A stretch of DNA of 40,583 nucleotides. Origin: Macrostomum lignano. Lineage: Eukaryota. Shown here piece by piece: positions 1 through 23,085 of the stretch (the stretch's first letter is position 1; each line of letters opens with the position of its first letter). Position numbers and translations under genes: made by a program. The notes beneath the pieces are model-generated. The model was not told where the DNA came from and did not search any database. It saw only the letters and a list, made by a program, of their open reading frames with translations. The stretch covers positions 1 to 40,583 of the forward strand of contig NIVC01002139.1 in NCBI GenBank assembly GCA_002269645.1, given 5' to 3'.

Positions 1-255
1 AGATCACCTGGAGACAGGGGCACCTGGGGTTGCTATAGATCACCTGGAGACATGGGTACCTGGGTTGCTATAGATCACCTGGAGACAGGATAACTAGGGC
101 CCGAGTTGCTATAGATCACCTGGAGACAGGGGTACCTGGGGTTGCTATAGATCACCTGGAGACAGGGGTGGGTTGCTATAGACCATCTAAAGACAGGGGT
201 ACCAGGGGCTGCTATAGATCACCTGGCGACAGGAGTACCAGGGGGCTTACTATAG
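1..255. repeat. About 36-bp minisatellite (AGATCACCTGGAGACAGGGGTACCTGGGGTTGCTAT), about 7 copies, runs off the window start
   Basis: Direct reading. Confidence 0.9.
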
Positions 256-343
256 TTCAAATGGACAGGGGTGCCAGGGGTTTTCCAGGTAATAAAATCT
301 GTAAATAATCGCAACAAAGATATGTATAATTGACATCACAAAC

Positions 344-11464
<11,121 letters not shown>

Positions 11465-11624
11465 CTGCGCAAGGAATAAAAATGATGGCGAGTGGTATTT
11501 ACGGACTTCTTTAATTCTCCACCTGTGTCAGTTGTGGCACAGATGTTCGAACTTGTGAAAGCATATTTTAATAGCTGTAGTTCATTGGCTGGGCGTAAGG
11601 TTTATGAGACTTTGTGGCCAATCT

Positions 11625-11875
11625 GTTGAGATTTTGAATCATAAGTGTGAGATTTTGAATAATAAGGATGAGATTTTGAATAATAAGGATGAGATTTTGA
11701 ATAATAAGTGTGAGATTTTGAATAATAAGGATGAGATTTTGAATAATAAGTGTGAGATTTTGAATAATAATAAGGATGAGATTTTGAGTCATAAGGATGA
11801 GATTTTGAATAATAAGGGTGAGATTTTGAATAATAAGGATGAGATTTCAAATAATAAAGACGAGATTTTGAATCT
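11625..11875. repeat. 21-bp minisatellite (GAGATTTTGAATAATAAGGAT)
   Basis: About 12 copies. Confidence 0.92.
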
Positions 11876-12078
11876 CAAAGCAAAAATTTTCTGCCAAAAA
11901 TGGAGATAGCTCTCACTGCAGTTTGGGGATTTTCAATCATGCATCTAGTATCAGGTTTTGCACAGAGAAGATGCGATATTGTACTCGTATAAAATAATTG
12001 GAGAATGACAGAAAATATTAACAAAGACTTCAAAGCTATCCCGCAGAGCTGCTTCCATGATCTGCCCTCAGCTCTCAC

Positions 12079-12172
12079 CCCTGTAGAGGCTCCAGAAGAT
12101 GTGAACAAACTGACTGTCGGGGCTTCCGCCATTCGGCTCGGTGTGGTGGTACTGGCCTTGGTCCTGCATTCT
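12079..12172 (-). CDS. Candidate exon just upstream of the Ig exon
   Basis: ctgctag|...G|gtgaga, 94 nt. Read as phase 0 to 1 it gives RMQDQGQYHHTEPNGGSPDSQFVHIFWSLYR and joins the Ig exon in frame. Other frames are also open. Confidence 0.4.
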
Positions 12173-12696
12173 CTAGCAGATAAGTTTATCCCGACTCAAC
12201 TCCCTTTTTGTCCTCAAATAAGAGAGCGCCGGGAGCCGGAAGCAGCGATGGAGTTCTTCTTATTCTGCAGACCAGGGGCTGCTCGGCATGGGATTGGCTG
12301 CTCACAGCAGCTCAGCATTTTGAGCTTTTGCATGGTAATTTATTTCCACCAATCCATTTTCCTGAGCGAGATCAATGTATAATATTGTAATCTAAGCAAA
12401 TTAATATTTGTTTAGATGCTTTTGACTGTCAAAATTGAGCTATGAAAATAATTCAAATCATTTTTTGTCATTTTTATTTCATTAGCTTCTCCAAAAGTTA
12501 GCTACTAAAACATGAAAACTGTTTATAGTCCTACTTTTCTACTCAGAAGCTGTTGAGTAGTAGTATGATAAGCATATCGTGCTCTTAGATTAGCTAGCAG
12601 CCTAAAGAAGCTTAAAGTCAAACCAGTTTTACATAATACGTTGTTATTATGAAACCCGTGTGTCAATGTTACTCACGAGGGACTCACTTGTACCTT

Positions 12697-13293
12697 AGAG
12701 TACCCAGCTCATTCGGGTATTTAACCTACAGAGTACCCAGCTCATTCGGGTATTTAACCTACAGAGTACCCAGCTCATTCGGGTATTTAACCTACAGAGT
12801 ACCCAGCTCATTCGGGTATTTAACCTACAGAGTACCCAGCTCATTCGGGTATTTAACCTACAGAGTACCCAGCTCATTCGGGTATTTAACCTACAGAGTA
12901 CCCAGCTCATTCGGGTATTTAACCTACAGAGTACCCAGCTCATTCGGGTATTTAACCTACAGAGTACCCAGCTCATTCGGGTATTTAACCTACAGAGTAC
13001 CCAGCTCATTCGGGTATTTAATCTACAGAGTACCCAGCTCATTCGGGTATTTAACCTACAGAGTACCCAGCTCATTCGGGTATTTAATCTACAGAGTACC
13101 CAGCTCATTCGGGTATTTAACCTACAGAGTACCCAGCTCATTCGGGTATTTAACCTACAGAGTACCCAGCTCATTCGGGTATTTAATCTACAGAGTACCC
13201 AGCTCATTCGGGTATTTAACCTACAGAGTACCCAGCTCATTCGGGTATTTAACCTACAGAGTACCCAGCTCATCCGGGTATTTAACCTACAGA
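12697..13293. repeat. Highly homogeneous 33-bp minisatellite (AGAGTACCCAGCTCATTCGGGTATTTAACCTAC)
   Basis: About 18 near-identical copies with no spacers. Confidence 0.97.
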
Positions 13294-14024
13294 GGCATCG
13301 CATAGGTTTATAATTCTTTATGTGAATACCGCAATGTAAGACTGCGGCCAAGAGAGCAAATTGACTCCAATGCTGAATTTAAACGCACGGCATTCCATCA
13401 GCGCCTGTCTCGGACAGCTGGGCAATGCATTCCCCTGCTTGAAGTGCAAAAGCAACAGACTCGAAAGCAACACCCTGATACATGATTGCTTCTGCTGTTG
13501 CTGCCTGTCCTGAATCAGGCCGTTAATCCAGCAGTTAACCCGAAACCGCGGCCTCTATCCGCTGGCAGAGACTAATCCAGAAGTTGATTAACTAACAGAA
13601 GAAAATAACAAAAAAGCGCGCCCAGCTTGATTTTTTTAAGGCTTAGCTCGTAGCTAGCTGGACGATTTCGGGCAAAAAACAAGGATTATGAAGAAGTTGA
13701 ACGGCAAGCTTAGAAGCCAAGATGTTCACCCACTGTGCCTGCAGTGTGATGAAGAAAGAGGCTGAGAGAATCTTAGTTAGCCACAAATTAGTTCTCGGGA
13801 GAGCAGTCCCAGGTGCTCCGCGGTCCTTATAAGCCAAGGGGGCACTCGGGTGTAACAGGCAGTCTTGACACGATTGCTTACTAATTATTAATGAGCTAGC
13901 TTGACGTTTTGTGTTTCTTTAAACAAATCTGATCAGTTTTACAAAAATCGGACCAATTTTAGAGATTAAAACTGGCAAACTTCCTGGCCATTTCTTGGAA
14001 ACTGATCTCTGGAGATTTGAAGCT

Positions 14025-14620
14025 TTCTTAGAAAATAGATCGTGGACCGGCTGTTTCTTGGAAAGGGTTTTAATTTTTTACGGTATCTAGCTGCTTCTTG
14101 TAAATTGTAAACATTGAATTTAGTGTAGCTGTTTCTTGGAAATTGAAAACATTGAATATAGTTTAGCTGTTTCTTAGAAATGGAAAACATTGAATATAGT
14201 TAAGCTGTTTCTTAGAAATGGAAAACATTGAATATAGTTTTGCTGTTTCTTAGAAATGGAAAACAGTAAATTTTGTTTAGCTGTTTCTTAGAAATTGTAA
14301 ACATTGAATTTAGTGTAGCTGTTTCTTGGAAATTGAAAACATTGAATATAGTTTAGCTGTTTCTTAGAAATGGAAAACACTGAATATAGTTTAGCTGTTT
14401 CTTAGAAATGAAAAACAGTAAATTTTGTTTAGCTGTTTCTTAGAAATGGAAAACGGTAAATGTAGTTTAGCTGTTTCTTAGAAATGGAAAACGGTGAAAG
14501 TATTGTAGCTGTTTCTAAGAAATAGAAAAAAACATTGGATGTAGTTTAGTCGTTTCTTAGAAATGGAAACTTTGTGGTTTCGGTGGTTCGAGGAAAGTAG
14601 AAAGAAATGGATTTAGCTGC
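14025..14620. repeat. About 38-bp degenerate minisatellite with a TTTCTTAGAAA core
   Basis: tagctgtttcttagaaatggaaaacattgaatatagtt, repeated. Confidence 0.9.
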
Positions 14621-14794
14621 TTCTAAGAACTCGAAAGACGTGATAATTTTTTAATGTTTCCAGATGGAGAAATGTGTTCATTTTCTGGAAAACCAAAATA
14701 TTTTTTCTTAGAAATTGACATCATTCAAGACAAGAAATTAGAAACAGTTTGATTTTTGTCTGTTCCTGAGAAAATTCTGAGATCTGCTCATTAC

Positions 14795-14939
14795 CGGACA
14801 GATCCGTAGGTCCAGTTCTTGACGCCGAAGGTTTCACGGAAATTAGCGGCACACGTGCTTCGAATGCAAAATTCGACCCTCGGACAAATGGACTCCGAAT
14901 CCCATAGAAGTTGCAGCTGAGCTGAGTTTCGTCTGCTGT
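14795..14939 (-). CDS. Candidate upstream exon, Cys-containing
   Basis: cacag|...CG|gtaatg, 145 nt, phase 1 to 2. Encodes SRRNSAQLQLLWDSESICPRVEFCIRSTCAANFRETFGVKNWTYGSV. The pyrimidine tract is weak. Confidence 0.3.
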
Positions 14940-15231
14940 CTGTGCGTCCCCGACCGGACGGCAGGAAGCTGGCTGGGCAGCTGCATCTTTGTTACTAGAG
15001 TAGAGGGAAGCCTTCTTCGTTTGAGCACAGCAGCTCGTGCCGCTGAAGTAACCGGATTAACGGACTTAGACTAGCCTTTGTAGTTCTGTCCCGTTGATCC
15101 AATTAATCTGCGTCAATAAATTCCATGGATTTAAGATGTGAAGCCGCAGCTCGAGGAGTCAGGGGGCCGAGCACATTCTCAAGGCAATGAGTTCCCTCGG
15201 TAGGGATGCCTCCCTCGGGAGCCACTTGCAT

Positions 15232-15567
15232 CGTCCACATCGCACCTTGTTTATCAGACACCCACCTCACTCCTCTTTATCGCACCTTGTTTATCAGACA
15301 CCCACCTCACTCCTCTTTATCGCACCTTGTTCATCAGATACCCACCTCACTCCTCTTTATCGCACCTTGTTTATCAGATACCCACCTCACTCCTCTTTAT
15401 CGCACCTTGTTCATCAGACACCCACCCCACCCTCTTTATCACACCTTGTTTATCAGACACCCACCTCACTCCTCTTTATCGCACCTTGTTCATCAGACAC
15501 CCCTTCTCACTCCTCTTTATCGCACCTTGTTTATCAGATACCCCACCTCACTCCTTTTATCGCACCT
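15232..15567. repeat. 40-bp minisatellite (TCGCACCTTGTTTATCAGACACCCACCTCACTCCTCTTTA)
   Basis: About 8 copies. Confidence 0.93.
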
Positions 15568-15794
15568 GGACTCCCAGGTAATTGAAGTCGCTCGAGAAAA
15601 CCCCCAGTTTGGGGAATCGAGCGTGGGAAAGGAGGGCCACGCGAGGAGCCGATTCCAGCAAATATTCGGTAAAGTTTCTACACTGCAAAACATAATCAAT
15701 CGATTGAGATCTGCTCCGCCCGTGCTCCCACCAGTCTGTTCCCTCTTCATCAAACTGCACCTTCATCCAGCATTGCCTCAGAGTCCAGCGTGCA
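15566..15794 (-). CDS. Candidate upstream exon of the neuregulin-like gene (boundaries uncertain)
   Basis: Unique-sequence open frame ...CRNFTEYLLESAPRVALLSHARFPKLGVFSSDFNYLGVQ. Acceptors at 15794 (phase 2) or 15682 (phase 0), donor CAG|gtgcga. Confidence 0.35.
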
Positions 15795-15944
15795 CTGTGC
15801 CAGGTGGGGAAGAGAAGCACGGAATTCGAACCCGCAATTTGACAAGATGAGAGCCAGACGGGCTACACAGCCTCTCGGCCTCATCATCTCTTCTCTCTTA
15901 AACGCTCCAACGCGCTGAGACATCATAGTCAGTTGGACAAGCAA

Positions 15945-16068
<124 letters not shown>

Positions 16069-16554
16069 TGAGCAGGCCCCAGAGAGACGGGAAGAGAGAT
16101 GGAGAGTAAAAATGAAGCGAGAAGCATTGCAAATGTTAAAAGCAGAGCAAAGAACACAGTGGAAAGAGTTGCGGCCTCTCTCTTTAATTGAACTGGGAGT
16201 GGACACTCAACAGGGAAACAGGCCTCAGCCAAAGGCTGCAGCAAAGGAGGCGCAAACTGACTGAACTGCGCACCCGCCCTTAAGAATAGGAGACAGAGTT
16301 GCATAATTCATCAGCGTATTCTGGACTGGATCGGATTTTCAATTTTTCGCATTCAATTCGGCAAGCGGTTTCAATCTCCGGGGAATCGAGGAATCCCAGG
16401 TACTTTCAGGAAGCTCTGACTTTCCTTAATAACAGGATGCTAACTTTAATTAAAACAAAATATTGAAGACCTTGAAAACTAGAATAAAGCAACTCAGATC
16501 CAATTACATTTCCAGTCTCACTACCTATATATCTAGTCTCCCTGCCCTCCGATC

Positions 16555-17073
16555 TCCGATCTAGTCTCACTGACTCGGATCTAGTCTCACTGATCTCTGA
16601 TCTATTATCGCTAATCTCTGATCTAGTATCGCTAATCTCTGATCTAGTATCGCTAAACTCTGATCTAGTCTCACTGATCTCTGATCTAGTGTCACTAGTC
16701 TCTGATCTAATCTCACTGATCTCTGATCTAGTATCGCTAATCTCTGATCTAGTATCGCTAATCTCTGATCTAGTATCGCTAATCTTTGATTTAGTATCGC
16801 TAATCTCTGATCTAGTATTGCTAATCTCTGATCTAGTATCGCTAATCTCTGATTTAGTATTGCTAATCTCTGATCTAGTATCGCTAATCTCTGATTTAGT
16901 ATTGCTAATCTCTGATCTAGTATCGCTAATCTCTGATTTAGTATCGCTAATCTCTGATCTAGTATCGCTAATCTCTGATCTAGTCTCACTGATCTCTGAT
17001 CTAGTCGCACTAATATTTGATATACGAGCTAGTCCCACTAGTCTAGTCTCACTACCAATAGATTTAGTCTCAC
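16555..17073. repeat. 21-bp minisatellite (TCTGATCTAGTATCGCTAATC)
   Basis: About 22 copies, degenerate toward 17073. Confidence 0.93.
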
Positions 17074-17257
17074 CAGTAATATAATCCACCTCAACCGCAA
17101 TGAGGTACCGAGCTCGAACCCCGGGACTGGCGGTCGTAGCCAAAGCAGATCTCGAAGTTTCACCCTGCGACTCTTGAGCCGCGACGCTGAAGCCGGCAAG
17201 TAATAGTGTTACCATGGCAACGAGCGCCGACAGGCGGTGTTTGGTAATTCGCCGCAT
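17074..17257 (-). CDS. Probable first coding exon (signal peptide) of the neuregulin-like gene
   Basis: MRRITKHRLSALVAMVTLLLAGFSVAA|QES has basic n-, hydrophobic h- and small-residue c-regions. It ends at a phase-1 donor G|gtgaga. Other donors at about 17089 (phase 0) and 17109 (phase 2) are possible. Confidence 0.6.
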
Positions 17258-17789
17258 ACCCGAATCAATGCTTCACAGCGAAGTGAGTGCTGGGTGTTTG
17301 TTGCAGCTAAGCAGCACTTCAGCTGTCAAAGGCCACCAGCATAATCGCCTCCTGTCCCCTACTGTCTTTTAGCGCTGACAACAGCCAGCCGCTTGCAGTT
17401 GCTTTTAGAAGCATTTTTCAACGCAGCAGAGCCAATGTGGTTGCTCACCCAAGCAATTCAATTCATTCGATCCTTGCTCAACCCCTACGCCTTCTGAGCA
17501 GCTTGAAGAACACTGACCAACCTCAGTCCGATTGGCTGAGGGCTTACAATCGCTAAGGGCTTGAGAAGTTACCGGCTTTACTCAAGCAGTCTTCTCTAAT
17601 CAGATGCTGCAAGCCCTTCAAGTGCCATTTAACCTGCCGGGTCTACTCACTGCTCCAGGCTGTCTTCTTTAACTTGACGTAGTTTAATCATTTTGATGGT
17701 TGGGGTGATTTTTTCAGCTAATTTGAGCATATTTTACACTAATGAATGAATGCTGCCTCTGATATTGACTTCAGTATCCATTTTTTCTG

Positions 17790-19807
17790 ACCTGCACTCA
17801 CTGTGACCTACACTCACTGTGACCTACACTCACTGTGACCTACACTCACTGTGACCTACACTCACTGTGACCTACACTCACTGTAACCTACACTCACTGT
17901 GACTTACTATCACTGTGACCTACTATCACTGTGACCTACACTCACTGTGACCTACTATCACTGTGACTTACACTAACTGTGACCTACACTCACTGTGACC
18001 TACACTCACTGTGACCTACACTAACTGTAACCTACACTAACTGTGACTTACACTCACTGTGACTTACACTAACTGTGACCTACACTCACTGTGACCTACA
18101 CTAACTGTGACCTACACTCACTGTGACTTACACTAACTGTGACCTACACTCACTGTGACCTACACTAACTGTGACCTACACTAACTGTAACCTACACTAA
18201 CTGTGACTTACACTAACTGTGACTTACACTAACTGTGACTTACACTCACTGTGACCTACACTCACTGTGACCTACTATCACTGTGACCTACACTCACTGT
18301 GACCTACTATCACTGTGACTTACACTAACTGTGACCTACACTCACTGTGACCTACACTCACTGTGACCTACACTAACTGTAACCTACACTAACTGTGACT
18401 TACACTCACTGTGACTTACACTAACTGTGACCTACACTCACTGTGACCTACACTAACTGTGACCTACACTCACTGTGACTTACACTAACTGTGACTTACA
18501 CTAACTGTGACCTACACTAACTGTGACCTACACTAACTGTAACCTACACTAACTGTGACTTACACTAACTGTGACTTACACTAACTGTGACTTACACTCA
18601 CTGTGACCTACACTCACTGTGACCTACACTAACTGTGACCTACACTCACTGTGACTTACACTCACTGTGACTTACACTCACTGTGACCTACACTCACTGT
18701 GACCTACTATCACTGACCTACTATCACTGTGACCTACTATCACTGTGACCTACACTCACTGTGACCTACACTCACTGTGACCTACTATCACTGTGACCTA
18801 CTATCACTGACCTACTATCACTGTGACCTACTATCACTGTGACCTACTATCACTGACCTACTATCACTGTGACCTACTATCACTGACCTACTATCACTGT
18901 GACCTACACTCACTGTGACCTACACTCACTGTGACCTACTATCACTGACCTACTATCACTGTGACCTACTATCACTGTGACCTACTAACACTGTGACCTA
19001 CTATCACTGTGACCTACACTCACTTTGACCTACTATCACTATGACCTACTATCACTGTGACCTACTATCACTGTGACCTACACTCACTGTGACCTACTAT
19101 CACTGTGACCTACACTCACTTTGACCTACTATCACTATGACCTACTATCACTATGACCTACACTCACTGTGACCTACACTCACTGTGACCTACTATCACT
19201 GACCTACTATCACTGTGACCTACTATCACTGACCTACACTCACTGTGACCTACACTCACTGTGACCTACACTCACTGTGACCTACACTCACTGTGACCTA
19301 CTATCACTGACCTACTATCACTGTGACATACACTCATTTTGACCTACATTCACTGTGACCTACACTCACTGTGACCTACACTCACTGTGACCTACACTCA
19401 CTGGGACCTACTATCACTGTGACCTACTATCAATGTGACCTACACTCACTGTGACCTACTATCACTGACCTACTATCACTGTGACCTACTATCACTGACC
19501 TACACTCACTGTGACCTACACTCACTTTGACCTACTATCACTGTGACCTACACTCACTTTGACCTACTATCACTATGACCTACACTCACTGTGACCTACA
19601 CTCACTGTGACCTACTATCACTGACCTACTATCACTGTGACCTACTATCACTGACCTACACTCACTGTGACCTACACTCACTGTGACCTACACTCACTGT
19701 GACCTACACTAACTGTGACCTACACTCACTGTGACCTACTATCACTGACCTACTATCACTGTGACCTACACTCACTTTGACCTACATTCACTGTGACTTA
19801 CACTCAC
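17790..19807. repeat. 16-bp minisatellite (GACCTACACTCACTGT and variants), about 125 copies
   Basis: Direct reading. Variants include CACTAACT, TATCACT and 14-bp truncated units. Confidence 0.97.
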
Positions 19808-20444
19808 CATTACCAATATCATATTCGTTCACTGGTTTGTGTGACTAGCAATATCTCATTGAGTGTTCTAAGTCCATTATGTCTATTATTAATCTCTTAA
19901 CTTAATTCAGTCAATAGTTTGCTGAACAACCTACTGTAAGTAATACATAGTCCACCGTATCTGTCAAATCCTTGACCTGTATTGAATATAGCAGGCCTAC
20001 CTTATCAAAGGGATCACTTCAAAGGGAGCCAAATTTTCCTCCTTGCTTTCTTCCCAAGATTCGAACCGTGCGGGACATAGCAACATGTGTTGGGAGGAAT
20101 TACTCTTTGCACCTCTCGACTCCGCTGTCCAGCACGCCAGGGCCCCAGCGGTATAAATCAGAGGGTTAGGGGCTTCAGGCTGGGGATCTATCACCCGCTG
20201 GGGAGAGTCCCAGAGATATTAGAGATTTACAATCCCGGCATAATCGGGAAGATAAGGTCAGACTGTGTCCGTGCGGAGTGCCGCTCGAGTGCAGTCGCAA
20301 TTGGCTCTTAGAATGCGCACCAAGCATGCTGGAGCTTTGTCGAGCGCACTGCCTCCGACGCATCTTGGCAAAAATCAAGCCTGATCTTAATTATCAGGGT
20401 AATAGTAGATTTGTCAATTAATCTTCGCCATTATTATTACGAAC

Positions 20445-20681
20445 ATATTATCATCATCAGTATCACGATCACCACCATTTCCATCTCTATCATAATCATA
20501 ATCATCATCATCATCATCATCATCACCGTCATCATCATCATCATCATCACCGTCATCATCATCATCATCATTATCATCATCATCATCATCATCATCACCG
20601 TCATCATCATCATCATCACCGTCATCATCATCATCATCATCACCGTCATCATTATCATCATCATCATCATCATCATCACCG

Positions 20682-20714
<33 letters not shown>

Positions 20715-20744
20715 CCGTCATCATCATCATCATCATCATCACCG

Positions 20745-20780
<36 letters not shown>

Positions 20781-20783
20781 CCG

Positions 20784-20842
<59 letters not shown>

Positions 20843-20868
20843 TCCATCATCATCATCATCATCATCAT

Positions 20869-20899
<31 letters not shown>

Positions 20900-20920
20900 G
20901 TCATCTCCATCATCATCATT

Positions 20921-20957
<37 letters not shown>

Positions 20958-20960
20958 CCG

Positions 20961-20998
<38 letters not shown>

Positions 20999-21019
20999 GT
21001 CATCTCCATCATCATCATT

Positions 21020-21056
<37 letters not shown>

Positions 21057-21059
21057 CCG

Positions 21060-21134
<75 letters not shown>

Positions 21135-21185
21135 CCGTCTTCATCATCATCATCACCGTCGTCATCATCAGCAGCATTATTATCA
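20445..21185. repeat. (CAT)n trinucleotide array with CACCGT/CTCCAT interruptions
   Basis: Direct reading. Confidence 0.97.
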
Positions 21186-21489
21186 TTCGATTTTGACAAT
21201 TTTGGCAGGAAATTCTGATAAATAATTTATTCTGTAGTCTGAATTTCTTTGCGAGTAGAAATGAGTTGGAAGAAGAATCCATGCAAAAGTAGATTTTCCC
21301 GATTTTGTAGCTTTTACAAAGAACTAACTAATACCTCAACGAGAGACTCTTGCCTCGAGGGATCAGGTTTTAATGGGGCTGACACTAAAGCAAGGACTAC
21401 TAGACTGGATATAACGAAGTGTTCCTAGTGGTCCTTGCACTAAAGGTCACTCCTGGTTTTGACCCACTTGCTGATCGCAAATTAACTCA

Positions 21490-21700
21490 ATTTTGCAGTA
21501 AGGCGCACGGGTCTAGGGCCGCAGACCCCGGGTTCGAACCCCTGCGTGGCCACATCAATTTTTTACAAAATCTTTGCAGTCTGGAGCTTGTTACGCAGCT
21601 CACGCCCTTGAGGGCCAACCCGCAAGGAGCAGAGATGTACATGCCGGACAGTTAGAAAGTCAGGACCGCTGTACACCCTGTGTGAGCGTTCCTACGCCTT
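21490..21700 (+). mobile_element. SINE copy of the second family, opposite orientation
   Basis: B box ggttcgaacccc at about 21531, then about 80 nt later gagggccaacccgcaagg...tgtacatgcc...gaaagtcaggaccgctgtacaccctgtgtgag. Confidence 0.65.
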
Positions 21701-21779
21701 GAAAACGGCAGACAGGCTGCTATTAGCGGCAGGGGCTGTGTGCACCCTTGCGCACTTTAGGCGACATAGGCACACAACC

Positions 21780-22084
21780 GGCGAGAGGCATTGCTGCCCA
21801 TTCCGCCGACTCCCCTGAGCAGGCACACAAGCGCGCGGATACGTACGCAGTCATACGCACAGGCACACACTCACACAGGAGTGTACAGCGGCCCTAACTT
21901 TATTTATCGTTAGGCATGTACACTTCACTGCGCCTTGGGGTTGGCCTTTAAGGCCGTTAATTGCACGATCAGAGCCAAGCCGAGATTCCAGTTGAGCCCC
22001 AAATTAATGCGACTGTACTGGGAATCGAGCCTGGGCCGCTGGCCCAGCAGAGCGCCGCGCCAGACCACTGGTCTACGGTCCCCC
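21780..22084 (-). mobile_element. Near full-length tRNA-headed SINE, second family
   Basis: Minus head ggggaccgtagaccagtggtctggcgcgg...ggctcgattccc (A and B boxes), followed by a conserved body ggccaaccccaaggcgcag...tgtacatgcc...gccgctgtacactcctgtgtgag that is shared with other copies. Confidence 0.7.
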
Positions 22085-22549
22085 TGGTGACATGGGCTTA
22101 GGTAAGCTGCCAGTGCCAATATCCTGACCCTCTCCAGGGGTTTACTCAAGTAGTTACTCAAGCGCAAAACGCGATTGTCTTCTGTTGAATCCCAGACCAT
22201 GTGCTCAGGCATCGGAGCAGTGTGAGAATCCCATCACGAAGGTGAAGAGACTTGGGACCTTGGATTTGCTGATGCCCACATGGAAACTCTTCATCACCTG
22301 TCCGTTCGAGAGCCTGGCTGACTGCCGGGACCAGGCTAAGGGATTTCCAATATGTTACTGATTTGTAGTTACAAGTGGCCACTGATATTCAACTACAGAC
22401 TTAACGCAGTGAGTTAACGTGAGTCTGTCTGAGGTGTGACAGATTTCTAAGATGCTGTGCAACAAGTTACAGATAATTTCTGAGTGAGTCTGAGGTGAGC
22501 ACTGAACAGTGACCAATTCTGATAAAGTTTTTGTCATCAATGACCAGTT

Positions 22550-23085
22550 TCTAAGAAATACTGTGAAATCAGGGACTTCTTTCTTAGAAAATCCGTTCGA
22601 TCAGTGCCCTATTTCAAGGAAAGCCCGTGTATTCAGTGCTTTATTTCTAAGAAAGCCTATGTAATAATCAGTGCCCTATTTCTGAGACATTCTGTATAGT
22701 AATCAGTGATCTAATGCTAAGAAAGCCTGTGTAATCAGTGGCCTGTTTCTAAGAAAGCCTGTGTAATCAGTGGCCTGTTTCTAAGAAATCCTGTGTAATC
22801 AGTGGCCTGTTTCTAAGAAAGCCTGTGTAATCAGTGGCCTGTTTCTTAGAAAGCCTGTGTAATCAGTGGCCTGTTTCTAAGAAAGCCTGTGTAATCAGTG
22901 GCCTGTTTCTAAGAAAGCCTGTGTAATCAGTGGCCTGTTTCTAAGAAAGCCTGTGTAATCAGTGGCCTGTTTCTAAGAAAGCCTGTGTAATCAGTGATAT
23001 GTTTCTAAGAAATCCTGTGTAATCAGTGATATGTTTCTAAGAAAGCCTTGTAATTAGTGGCCTGTTTCTGAGAAAGCCTGTTTTT
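22550..23085. repeat. 32-bp minisatellite (GTTTCTAAGAAAGCCTGTGTAATCAGTGGCCT)
   Basis: Homogeneous core at about 22725-23050 with degenerate flanks. Confidence 0.93.

Noticed and set aside
12697-13293. CRISPR-like 33-bp palindromic direct repeats
   Set aside because: The units are contiguous with no unique spacers, there are no cas genes, and the context is a eukaryotic intron.
17105-17135. B-box-like GTCCCGGGGTTCGAGCTC inside the signal-peptide exon suggesting an exonised SINE
   Set aside because: The match is short, with no A box or SINE body nearby, so it cannot be distinguished from chance.
20411-21282. Poly-Ile, poly-Asp and poly-Met ORFs
   Set aside because: Translations of the (CAT)n array with no unique coding context or splice support.
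21600-21955. MITE with ~90-bp terminal inverted repeats
   Set aside because: Each arm extends outward into its own tRNA-like head, so two opposed SINEs explain it better. The arms are also clearly diverged.
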